This document shows, piece after piece, positions 16,343 to 25,100 of a stretch of DNA of 64,000 nucleotides. The first letter of the stretch is position 1; every line of letters begins with the position of its first letter. The notes beneath the pieces are model-generated. The model was not told the DNA's origin, did no database searches, and saw nothing but the letters and a program-made list of their open reading frames with translations. Location: contig OY843749.1 in assembly GCA_963693025.1 (NCBI GenBank), positions 2,957,617-3,021,616 of the forward strand, given 5' to 3'. The stretch is from Arenicellales bacterium (GTDB lineage Bacteria > Pseudomonadota > Gammaproteobacteria > Arenicellales > Poriferihabitantaceae). Position numbers and translations under genes: made by a program.

Positions 16343-18160
16343 TTAGTGCGTGGAATCCAGCACGGTTTTGCCGCGCGGTATGCGGATTTCATCCACCATC
16401 GCCTGGGTTTCGGCGTCCGGTTCGGCGGTCATCAGTGAAGCGGCGACCATCGCCACCAGGCTGACCGGCATGCCGATGATGCCGAAGCGCAGGTGGTCGA
16501 TGCCGAACCACGGGTCGTTGCCGAGGAATTGCGGCGCCACCCAATACAGGTAGGCGGTGCCGGCGATGAAGCCGCACACCATGCCGGCAACCGCCCCGGC
16601 GCGGTTGGCGCGCTTCCACCAGATGCCCAGCACAATCGGAAAGAACAGCCCGGAGCAGGCGAAGTCAAACGCCCAAATCACCGCGCCCAGGATGCCGGTT
16701 AGTTTGAGGCTGGCGACGAAAGCGCCGGCGGCGCCGATGCCGAGAAGCAGAACGCGCGCCACCAGCAAGCGGTGTTTGGTGTCGGCTTTCGGGTCGATGA
16801 TTTTGTAATACAAATCATGCGACAACGCATTGGCGATTGCCAGCAACAAGCCGTCGGCGGTCGACATCGCCGCCGCCATGCCACCGGCGGCGACCAGCCC
16901 GGAGATGACATACGGCAACCCTGCAATCTCCGGCGTCGCCAGCACCACGATGTCCGGGCGCATGAAAAACTCGTTGATTTGCAAGATGCCGTCGCCGTTG
17001 CCGTCGGTAATCGCCAGCATGCCGACATTGCTCCATTTCTGCACCCATTCCAGCGCGTTCACATCGGCAATCGCCTGCCCAATCACGCTGGTGGCGAGGC
17101 TGGGGTCGAGCAACTGCAGTTTGGTGAAAGTCGCCAGCGCCGGTGCGGTGAAATACAGCAGGAAGATGAAGAACAGCGACCACGCCACCGACTGACGCGC
17201 GGCTTTCACCGACGGCGTGGTGAAGTAGCGCATCAGAATATGCGGCAGCGAAGCGGTGCCCGCCATCATGCACAGCACCAGCGTGACGAATTTCCAACTA
17301 TACATCGCGCTGTCTTGCGGGGCGTTATGGAGCGTGGTCAGCACCCTCAGCCCGGCAACGCTTTCCACCGCCGGCGTGCCGACTCCCAGGGTCTGCTCCA
17401 ACTCGCTGATTCGCACCACCGCTTCGCCGTAAGCGAACTGCGGAATGACGCCGAAATCTTGCACGTTGGACATCCAGAACACCGGCACCAGATACGCGAT
17501 GATGAGCACGATGTATTGCGCGACTTGCGTCCACGTGACCGCGCGCATGCCGCCGAGCATCGAGCACAACAAAATGCCGGCAAGCCCAATCCACACGCCG
17601 ACCTCAAAAGGAATCGTCAAGGCGCGCGCGGCGATGGTTCCGGTGGCGTTGATTTGCGCGGTCACATAAGTGAACGACGCGACCGCCAGCACCACCACGG
17701 CGCAGAGGCGCGGCAGGTTGCCGCCGTAGCGCGTGCCGACAAAATCGGGCACGGTGTAGCAGCCGAACTTGCGCAAGTAAGGCGCCATCAGCGCGGACAC
17801 CAGCACATAGCCGCCGGTCCAGCCGACCACCAATGCGAGGTAGCCGTGGCCGCCGAAGTAGATGCCGCCGGCGAGCGCCACGAATGACGCGCCGGACATC
17901 CAGTCGGCGGCGGTCGCCATGCCGTTGAACACCGCCGGCACCTGGCGCCCGGCTACGTAGTAGGCGTCCACCTGCATGGTGCGCGACAGCACGCCGATGG
18001 TGGCGTAAATCGCGATGGTGAAGGCGACGAACAAAATACCGATGGTGTCAGACGCCACGCCGAGTTGCTCAAGCACCGCCATCAGCACGACGAAGAGGAG
18101 AAAGCCGCCGGTGTAGAGCCCGTATATTTTGGGCAGGTTGTCGATGAAGTTACCTTTCAT
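16343..18160 (-). CDS. sodium:solute symporter family transporter, large subunit (ActP/VC_2705-like)
   Basis: 605 aa from ATG 18160, with GGAGGAGG upstream. It is polytopic, with SSS-type segments such as GGMRAVTWTQVAQY. It pairs with the small subunit gene 4 nt upstream. Confidence 0.85.
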   Translation of the reverse strand: MKGNFIDNLPKIYGLYTGGFLLFVVLMAVLEQLGVASDTIGILFVAFTIAIYATIGVLSRTMQVDAYYVAGRQVPAVFNGMATAADWMSGASFVALAGGIYFGGHGYLALVVGWTGGYVLVSALMAPYLRKFGCYTVPDFVGTRYGGNLPRLCAVVVLAVASFTYVTAQINATGTIAARALTIPFEVGVWIGLAGILLCSMLGGMRAVTWTQVAQYIVLIIAYLVPVFWMSNVQDFGVIPQFAYGEAVVRISELEQTLGVGTPAVESVAGLRVLTTLHNAPQDSAMYSWKFVTLVLCMMAGTASLPHILMRYFTTPSVKAARQSVAWSLFFIFLLYFTAPALATFTKLQLLDPSLATSVIGQAIADVNALEWVQKWSNVGMLAITDGNGDGILQINEFFMRPDIVVLATPEIAGLPYVISGLVAAGGMAAAMSTADGLLLAIANALSHDLYYKIIDPKADTKHRLLVARVLLLGIGAAGAFVASLKLTGILGAVIWAFDFACSGLFFPIVLGIWWKRANRAGAVAGMVCGFIAGTAYLYWVAPQFLGNDPWFGIDHLRFGIIGMPVSLVAMVAASLMTAEPDAETQAMVDEIRIPRGKTVLDSTH

Positions 18161-18164
18161 GGCG

Positions 18165-18428
18165 CTAGTCCTCCTCCGCAAAACCGGTCTCCCGGTCGAT
18201 GTTATGCTGCGTCCTGGCGAACCAGAAAATGAGAATCACAAAGATGATCTCAGAACCTTGCGCCGCCATGTAATAACCCAGCGGAAAGCCGATAAAGTTA
18301 AACGCATTGAGCGCGTTTGCAAACCAATGGACTGCAAACGAAAAGATAAACCAAAGCGCCAGGGTGATAAACATCAGCCGTTTTGTTCTCTGCCAATGAA
18401 CGACCCGTTGTTGGGATGTGTCTGTCAT
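18165..18428 (-). CDS. solute:sodium symporter small subunit (DUF4212-like)
   Basis: 87 aa from ATG 18428. Two TM helices, with HWFANALNAFNFIGFPLGYYMAAQGS as I remember for DUF4212. It lies directly upstream of the SSS large subunit. Confidence 0.7.
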   Translation of the reverse strand: MTDTSQQRVVHWQRTKRLMFITLALWFIFSFAVHWFANALNAFNFIGFPLGYYMAAQGSEIIFVILIFWFARTQHNIDRETGFAEED

Positions 18429-18618
18429 GGTCTGTCCTCTTGTTGGGAAAGTAAGGAGAAAGGAAATTAACACGGAGTGCCTGAAGCACGATGGGCGGAT
18501 ACTATCCGATTTGGGGCGTCAGGGCAATACGGCGGAAACGGTTTGTGTTATGTTGTGTCTTGTTTTGTAAATCAAATAGTTATACTGTTTTTATCCGGCG
18601 ATGGTTTTAGATAGGGGG

Positions 18619-19257
18619 CTAACTGGTCATATTTTGCATGAACTCGACAAGTTCATGGGCTTTGGTTGATGGATTGTCGGTGTGATTGTTGGCAGCGGCT
18701 TTCATCGACTTTTTTGCATGAGTTTTTGCGGTTTCCAACTTGTCGCGCACAATGTCGTATATGTTTTCTTTGCCTTTCCGGTATCCGCGGATATGTTTTT
18801 TCAATTCAGATAATACTTGCTTGCTGGTGTAGGGTGAGGTGGTGTATTTGTAGTGCAGTAGCAAAAAGTACTCAAAAGCCGGCACAGACATGATTGCGTG
18901 AAAAACGTGGCGCGGTTTCATGGCCGTGATTTGTGTCAACGCTTGTTGGTAATCCGTATGGCTATTTTTGTCGAACACACAGAAAACTTGGTCGAAAGGG
19001 AAGCCTGCTTTTTTCTCTTTCTCATAGCGTTCCCTGGCAAAGGCGACGACACTCGTGGGGGAGGGATTACTCTCCCCGGTAATTTCCGCGCCGCTGAGTC
19101 TGAGTTCGTTCTTGAGACCACCAAAATAGTTGGGTTCGGTTTTCTTGCCTTCGCAAACGATTAGAATCTTGGGATAAGTCTTCCGCTTGGCTCTTCGGCG
19201 CGAAAGCCCCCGGGCGCCTCTTGCCTTGCGCTTATGGAACAGGTTGTCCGTCCCCAT
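18619..19257 (-). CDS. RloB-like (Toprim-like) protein, AbiLii-like
   Basis: The sequence KILIVCEGKKTEPNYFGGL...QVFCVFDKNSHTDY is the RloB signature as I recall it. The region is AT-rich. It starts 8 nt after the upstream ATPase gene. Confidence 0.75.
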   Translation of the reverse strand: MGTDNLFHKRKARGARGLSRRRAKRKTYPKILIVCEGKKTEPNYFGGLKNELRLSGAEITGESNPSPTSVVAFARERYEKEKKAGFPFDQVFCVFDKNSHTDYQQALTQITAMKPRHVFHAIMSVPAFEYFLLLHYKYTTSPYTSKQVLSELKKHIRGYRKGKENIYDIVRDKLETAKTHAKKSMKAAANNHTDNPSTKAHELVEFMQNMTS

Positions 19258-19265
19258 TTCTGCGC

Positions 19266-20525
19266 TTACGCTTCTTGGATATAGGGCAGGGCGCCATAAG
19301 CGCCGGAGAGATAGCCCAGCTCCAGGTTTTCCCGCCCCTTGCGCGGGCTAAAATCAGTCAACGGATAAACCGCCGTCTCGCCCTGTTTGTTTTTTTCGCA
19401 GAACCAAATTTGGTCGCGGCGCATAATTTTCTGGTTCAGCATGGCGGTCTCGTGCGTGGTGAATACCAGTTGTGCGTTATGCGGGTTTGTTTTGTCGTTG
19501 TGAAACAGTTCCACCAGGAACTTGACCAGTTTCAAGTGAAGGTGTTCGTGCAATTCATCAACAAAAATCACGCGACCTTTCTTCAAGGCGTCAATCCAAT
19601 AACCGGCGAAAGCAAACATTTTCCGGGTGCCCATTGACTCGTCACCAAAATCAAACGTCACCGGTTTCCCATCGGTGTCCGTATAAACCGTGGCAATTTC
19701 ATAAACGGCTTCACCCTGCATTTCCCTGACAAAAAATTGTTGCACGTGCTCCGGCAAGTCTTGGGGCAACTCATCCCGGCTGAGCGCTTTCTTTTTGACA
19801 TATAAGTCGTCAATATCCAAGTCAGCCGCTTTCAGAAAATTCAGCACTTTTTCCTTTCCATACGGGGATGAACCGGGGTTGTAATTCAATGCCGAACTAC
19901 CGGGGGAAGGTGTATTATTCGTGAACCAATCGTAAAGCGGTTGCAATTGTTGGCTGTTTAACTGAACCGCGGTTGACAGAAACAACGCATTATCGCGGGT
20001 GGATTTTTTCCAGAGGCTCTTCTCACCGCTCAGGAACGCACCGAATTCCCATTCATATTCCCGCTTGTCCGATGACCATGTCCGCTCAAACCACCGTTGC
20101 GCGCGATTGCGCGGGTAAGCGATCAACCACTCTTCCCTGACTTGCTCTTGCGTAATCGAAAAACCATATTGATAGCGCACACCGTCAGCGATAAAGTGCA
20201 TTTCAAATTCACTGGGCGCATTCCGTGTCTTGGAATCCAGCATAAACGGCCGCGCCGGAAGCGGGCCGCCTCGAAGTTGCTCCAAACCCGATTTCACCAC
20301 CACCGACCGCATGGTCTTAAACGCCAGCAAGAGATTGGTCTTGCCCGCGGCATTGGCGCCGTAAATCGCCGCCGAACGCAGCAATCTGATATTGTTCTTG
20401 CCCGTGGCAATCGGGGCGTCAAAGGTGTGCGTGTCGGCCATATCCGTGCTTTTGGAAGCGACCAGACTGAAAGTCTGCCGCTCCTTAATGGACATGAAAT
20501 TGCCCACGCTGAATTCAATCAACAT
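19266..20525 (-). CDS. AAA_15/AAA_21-type (ABC-like) ATPase, AbiLi/OLD-ATPase-like
   Basis: N-terminus MLIEFSVGNFMSIKE; Walker A GANAAGKTNLL; Walker B/D-loop VIFVDELHEHLH; then VFTTHE. A hand count of line 19801-19860 gives 23/60 G+C. Confidence 0.8.
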   Translation of the reverse strand: MLIEFSVGNFMSIKERQTFSLVASKSTDMADTHTFDAPIATGKNNIRLLRSAAIYGANAAGKTNLLLAFKTMRSVVVKSGLEQLRGGPLPARPFMLDSKTRNAPSEFEMHFIADGVRYQYGFSITQEQVREEWLIAYPRNRAQRWFERTWSSDKREYEWEFGAFLSGEKSLWKKSTRDNALFLSTAVQLNSQQLQPLYDWFTNNTPSPGSSALNYNPGSSPYGKEKVLNFLKAADLDIDDLYVKKKALSRDELPQDLPEHVQQFFVREMQGEAVYEIATVYTDTDGKPVTFDFGDESMGTRKMFAFAGYWIDALKKGRVIFVDELHEHLHLKLVKFLVELFHNDKTNPHNAQLVFTTHETAMLNQKIMRRDQIWFCEKNKQGETAVYPLTDFSPRKGRENLELGYLSGAYGALPYIQEA

Positions 20526-20621
20526 TGATGTCTCCTCGTGTTTAGCAGCGAATTATGACAAATTTTGCCGAAATAAACCATAAAAAACTGCTTTTGTCCA
20601 TTTTATTTGGCGCGATACGGC

Positions 20622-21314
20622 ATGAATAATATACGAAAAGCAGTAAAAACATCCCTCAGCGCGCTGTTTTCAGTCCATTTTTGGCGGGTGGTGGGTGGGT
20701 ATTTGGGCATCGGCAAGCGCGCCGGTGAGGGGGAGTTGAATCGGGCGGATTTGTTTGGGGAATTTTTGGATAGTCGAGCGAGTCATGTGGCGCAGACGGC
20801 GTTGTATGGGTATATGAAGACGCGGGCGGGGACGGGGTTTCCGGCGTTGTTTGAGGACTCGGCGATGCTGGCGTCCATCAATATCGCCAAGTGGCAGATT
20901 TGGTTGGCGTGTTTGTCGGATTTGGCGGTGTATGGCGGCGTGCTGATGCGCCTTCGCACGGGCGCGCCGGCGGGGGTGATTCGGGGGATGTTGGAGGGCG
21001 TGGTGGCGCGGGTGTTGGAGGCGGGCGGGGCGCGCGCGGCGGATGAAGCGGGCGAGGATTTTGCCGCCGGTGTGCGCCAAGTCAGGGAGCGCATCGCCGC
21101 TTGCGACTTCGATGCGTTGCGCGATGACGAGTCGGCATTCACCGAGAGCCCGCGGGCAGTGGTGTATTGGTCGCCGGTCGCCGATGAACTGAAAAACCGG
21201 GATGTGGACATCGTGCGCAACTCGGTGCGCTTTCGCTGGCAAGAAGTGCGCCGCGACCTGCGCCGGCGGTTGCGGGCGGAGGCGTTGGTTTCGGGTGTGG
21301 ATGCGGACGGGTAA
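20622..21314 (+). CDS. hypothetical protein (core-like GC)
   Basis: 230 aa from ATG 20622 (the ORF track uses TTG 20607). Hand counts of two lines give 37/60 and 46/60 G+C, i.e. backbone-like. No family recognised. Confidence 0.5.
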   Translation: MNNIRKAVKTSLSALFSVHFWRVVGGYLGIGKRAGEGELNRADLFGEFLDSRASHVAQTALYGYMKTRAGTGFPALFEDSAMLASINIAKWQIWLACLSDLAVYGGVLMRLRTGAPAGVIRGMLEGVVARVLEAGGARAADEAGEDFAAGVRQVRERIAACDFDALRDDESAFTESPRAVVYWSPVADELKNRDVDIVRNSVRFRWQEVRRDLRRRLRAEALVSGVDADG

Positions 21315-21491
21315 GTTCGCCGACCGGCGGCTTGTCAAATGCGGGCGTAGCCGCAAACCACGCCGGCGAAGGGACGCGGTGTGCGGGTCGGGCATGGGTT
21401 GAATTCGAGCGATGATATTGCCGGCGATAGAATGTTTGCAGTATCTTTGGAGTATGGCAAAAGGTGTTAATGTCCTTGCGGCAAACTATTA

Positions 21492-23891
21492 ATGACATTG
21501 CAACGACACGGGTGTTTATTTGTGACAACCGACAATCCGGCGGACGCAAGCCGAGAAATTGAGCTGCTCAATCAACGGCTTTATGCGTTGGAAGTGGAAA
21601 AGTCACGACTGCTTTCCCACAAAGTCCGCTTGGAGTCTGCGGCTTCAAACTCGATGGCCGACTCGTCCACGCTGTCATCAAAAGACAAAGTGGCGCTGTT
21701 CCAAAAATTCTTTGCCGGCAGAAAAGATAGTTACGCTTTTCGGTGGGAAAATAAAACGGGCAGAAGCGGGTATGCGGTCGCTTGTCATAATGAATGGCAG
21801 CCCTGCTTATGCAATAAACCCAAAGTCAAATGCGGCGAATGTGCCAATAAAGCCTATAAAAAATTGGAGCCAAAGGTCATATACGAGCACTTGTCGGGTG
21901 TTCAAACTGTCGGGCTATACCCGCTGATGCGTGATGATACTTGCCGGTTGCTGGCGGTGGATTTTGATAAATCAGATTGGCAACAGGCGGTAAAAGCGTT
22001 TGCGCAAATTTGTGACGGTCAAGACATCCCCTTTGCGATTGAGCGTTCGCGGTCGGGGAATGGTGCGCATGTTTGGATTTTCTTTGAGAGCAAGGCGCCG
22101 GCAAAGGATGCGCGCCGTCTGGGATTTGGGCTGCTGGACCGAACGATGGAAAATTATCCCCACTTGTCGTTTGACTCCTATGACCGTTTATTTCCGAATC
22201 AAGATTCAATGCCAAGCGGTGGTTTTGGAAACTTGATTGCGCTGCCTTTGCAGTATCAACCGCGTCAATACGGCAACTCCGTATTTGTTGACCGCGAATT
22301 GGTTGCTTACGCTGACCAATGGCGGTTTCTTGGCGGACTTAAACGACTTGCCCCCGACAGGCTGCATAAACTCCTGCACCGGTTCGAAGAAGAAACGCCG
22401 GAGCCGTCCGCCAAGCCCTGGGAGCAGGGTATTCCCATTGCCCGCACAAAAATCGAGAATTGCCCCGCCAAACTGAAAATCGTGCTGGCAAATCAAGTTT
22501 TTATCCCCACCGCCACGCTGCCGTCTAACTTGTTGGCTCGCCTGAAGCGTCTTGCCAGTTTTGCCAATCCCGTGTTTTTCAAAACACAAGCGATGCGTTT
22601 CAGCACTCGCGGCATCCCGCGCTATATCAGCCTGGCGCACATTGAACAGGAATACCTTGTTGTTCCCCGCGGATGTCTGGATGATGTTCGGCAATTACTC
22701 ACCGGGCAGAATATCTCGCTTGAGTTCGATGATAAGCGGGAACAGGGAAAGCGCCTGAAAAGCATTCGGTTTTTGGGCGAGTTGCGCGGCGACCAGAAAG
22801 ATGCGGTTGACAAGTTAGTCACGCACGATGCGGGTATTCTTCACGCGCCAACGGCATTTGGAAAAACAGTGACTGCGATTGGGGTGCTCGCCCAACGCAA
22901 AACAAACACGCTGATACTGACGCATACCCGGCAGTTGCTCGACCAGTGGAAGGAGCGCTTAACCGCTTTTCTTGCAGGCGCGGACATTGGTGTTATCGGC
23001 GGGGGCAAACGCACGCCGACCGGCTGTGTTGATATTGCCACCTACCAAAGCCTTTTGAATCGAAAAGACAATAGTATTGCCCCGTTAGTGTTGGACTATG
23101 GTCAAGTCATTATCGACGAATGCCATCATCTGTCGGCACCAAATTATGACCGCTTGCTGTCGGATGTCCGGGCGCGCTATGTTCTCGGGCTAACGGCCAC
23201 ACCCGAACGGCAAGATGGTCATCATCCAATTATCTTTATGCAGGCGGGTCCCATCCGCCACCGGGTTAAAATCGACAAGCAGACCCATTTTGAACAGCAA
23301 GTCATCATAAGGCTCGTTGCGGACAAGCCGCCGGAACCGCTGGCTTCGGAAGAAAGGCCGCATATTGCGGATGTTTACCGATGGCTGATGGAATCAAGCA
23401 AGCGGGACGAGTTAATCGTGCAAGACATCGCGGCACAAATCGAGATGGGCGGCAACCCGCTGGTGTTGACGGAGCGCAGAGAACATGCCGGTTTGTTGAG
23501 TCAAGCGCTGTCTGAGCGGGGGTATGAAACCATTGTTTTGCGAGGCGCCATGCGCGCCAAAGAGCGCACACAAGCCATGGAGAAAGTCCAAACCGCGCAA
23601 GCGTTGATTGCCACGGGAAAGTATATTGGCGAAGGCTTCGACCTCCCCAGGCTGGATACGTTATTCCTGGCGCTGCCTATTTCATGGAAGGGCTCGCTTG
23701 TGCACTATGCGGGGCGTATTCACCGCGTCGCCGAGCGCAAAAAGAAAGTGACTATTTACGACTATGTGGACAGCGCGCTACCCATGTTGCAGCGCATGTT
23801 TCAACGCCGCCGCAAAGGCTATGAGGCGATGGGGTATCGTCTGGTTAGCGGTGATGATGCGCCGGTGATTCAATCCCGGCTGGAGGTTTGA
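21492..23891 (+). CDS. archaeo-eukaryotic primase (AEP/PrimPol)-like domain fused to SF2 DEAH-box helicase
   Basis: N-terminal coiled coil, then a Cys-rich cluster CHNEWQPCLCNKPKVKCGEC. AEP motifs LLAVDFDK (DxD) and SGNGAHVWIFF (sGxGxH). Helicase Walker A APTAFGKT, IIDECHH, LGLTATP and YAGRIHR. Line 22201-22260 has 27/60 G+C. Confidence 0.75.
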   Translation: MTLQRHGCLFVTTDNPADASREIELLNQRLYALEVEKSRLLSHKVRLESAASNSMADSSTLSSKDKVALFQKFFAGRKDSYAFRWENKTGRSGYAVACHNEWQPCLCNKPKVKCGECANKAYKKLEPKVIYEHLSGVQTVGLYPLMRDDTCRLLAVDFDKSDWQQAVKAFAQICDGQDIPFAIERSRSGNGAHVWIFFESKAPAKDARRLGFGLLDRTMENYPHLSFDSYDRLFPNQDSMPSGGFGNLIALPLQYQPRQYGNSVFVDRELVAYADQWRFLGGLKRLAPDRLHKLLHRFEEETPEPSAKPWEQGIPIARTKIENCPAKLKIVLANQVFIPTATLPSNLLARLKRLASFANPVFFKTQAMRFSTRGIPRYISLAHIEQEYLVVPRGCLDDVRQLLTGQNISLEFDDKREQGKRLKSIRFLGELRGDQKDAVDKLVTHDAGILHAPTAFGKTVTAIGVLAQRKTNTLILTHTRQLLDQWKERLTAFLAGADIGVIGGGKRTPTGCVDIATYQSLLNRKDNSIAPLVLDYGQVIIDECHHLSAPNYDRLLSDVRARYVLGLTATPERQDGHHPIIFMQAGPIRHRVKIDKQTHFEQQVIIRLVADKPPEPLASEERPHIADVYRWLMESSKRDELIVQDIAAQIEMGGNPLVLTERREHAGLLSQALSERGYETIVLRGAMRAKERTQAMEKVQTAQALIATGKYIGEGFDLPRLDTLFLALPISWKGSLVHYAGRIHRVAERKKKVTIYDYVDSALPMLQRMFQRRRKGYEAMGYRLVSGDDAPVIQSRLEV

Positions 23892-23892
23892 T

Positions 23893-25092
23893 TTGATTCA
23901 AGGCAACGCAGGCTTTAACTTCACCCCCCAAGAACACGCCGCCCGCCTCGCCAAAACCCGCCGGGCGATGGTGGCGCGTGGGGTGGAGGTTTTGTTGGTT
24001 AGCGACCCGTCCAATATGGCGTGGCTGACCGGTTATGACGGCTGGTCGTTTTATGTTCACCAGTGCGTGGTCGTGCCGCCGGACGGGGCGCCGTTGTGGT
24101 ATGGGCGCGGGATGGATGCCGCCGGGGCGAGGAGGACCGTGGATGCGCGGGTGATGCCGCACGACCACATCATCGGTTATGCCGACGAGTATGTGCAGAA
24201 TCCGGCGCAGCATCCGATGGAGCCGCTGAGCGCCTTGTTGCGCGAGCGCGGCTGGGCGGGGGCGGTGATTGGCGTGGAGATGGATAACTATTATTTCAGC
24301 GCGGCGGCTTATCGCGCGTTGACCGAGCAGTTGCCGGACGCCGAGTGGGTTGACGCCACTTCGTTGGTGAACTGGCAACGCGCGGTCAAGTCCGCCGCCG
24401 AAATTGACTATATGAAGCGCGCCGCCGCCATCGTCGAGCGGATGCACCGGCGCGCGTTTGAGTTGATTGAGCCGGGTCTGCGGAAAAACGAGTTGGTGGC
24501 GGAGATTTACCGCTGCGCGATCGAGGGCGCGGGCGGGCATGGCGGCGACTATCCTGCCATCGTCCCGCTGGTGCCGACCGGACGCGACGCCGGCGCGCCG
24601 CATCTGACCTGGGACGACCGCCCCATCCCCGCCAACTCGGGCACATTTTTTGAAATCGCCGGCGTGTATAAGCGCTATCACTGCCCGCTGTCCAGAACGA
24701 TTTATCTCGGCGCGCCGCCGGATGAATTCTTGCGCGCCGAGGCCGCCCTGCAGGAAGGCATCGCCGCCGGGCTGGCGGTCGCCAAGCCGGGCAACCGGTG
24801 CCGCGACATTGCGCTGGCGTTGTTCGACGCGCTCGCGCGGCACGGGTTTGAGAAGGACAACCGTTGCGGCTACGCGATTGGCTTGAGTTACCCGCCCGAC
24901 TGGGGCGAGCGCACCATGAGTTTCCGCGCCGAAGACGAGACCGTCCTCGCGCCCGGCATGACCTTTCATTTCATGCCGGGGCTATGGCTGGACGACTGGG
25001 GCATTGAGATTACTGAAAGCCTGCTGATTACCGAGTCGGGCTGCGAGACGCTGGCGGATTATCCGCGCGAACTGCTGGTCAAGCGCGGTTGA
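23893..25092 (+). CDS. doeA: M24-family hydrolase, ectoine hydrolase DoeA-like
   Basis: 399 aa from TTG 23893, with GGAGG 5 nt upstream. VSDPSNMAWLTGYDGWSFYVHQ matches my memory of DoeA/creatinase-like N-domains. It is followed by a DoeB-like gene. Confidence 0.6.
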   Translation: MIQGNAGFNFTPQEHAARLAKTRRAMVARGVEVLLVSDPSNMAWLTGYDGWSFYVHQCVVVPPDGAPLWYGRGMDAAGARRTVDARVMPHDHIIGYADEYVQNPAQHPMEPLSALLRERGWAGAVIGVEMDNYYFSAAAYRALTEQLPDAEWVDATSLVNWQRAVKSAAEIDYMKRAAAIVERMHRRAFELIEPGLRKNELVAEIYRCAIEGAGGHGGDYPAIVPLVPTGRDAGAPHLTWDDRPIPANSGTFFEIAGVYKRYHCPLSRTIYLGAPPDEFLRAEAALQEGIAAGLAVAKPGNRCRDIALALFDALARHGFEKDNRCGYAIGLSYPPDWGERTMSFRAEDETVLAPGMTFHFMPGLWLDDWGIEITESLLITESGCETLADYPRELLVKRG

Positions 25093-25100
25093 ATTGCGCC

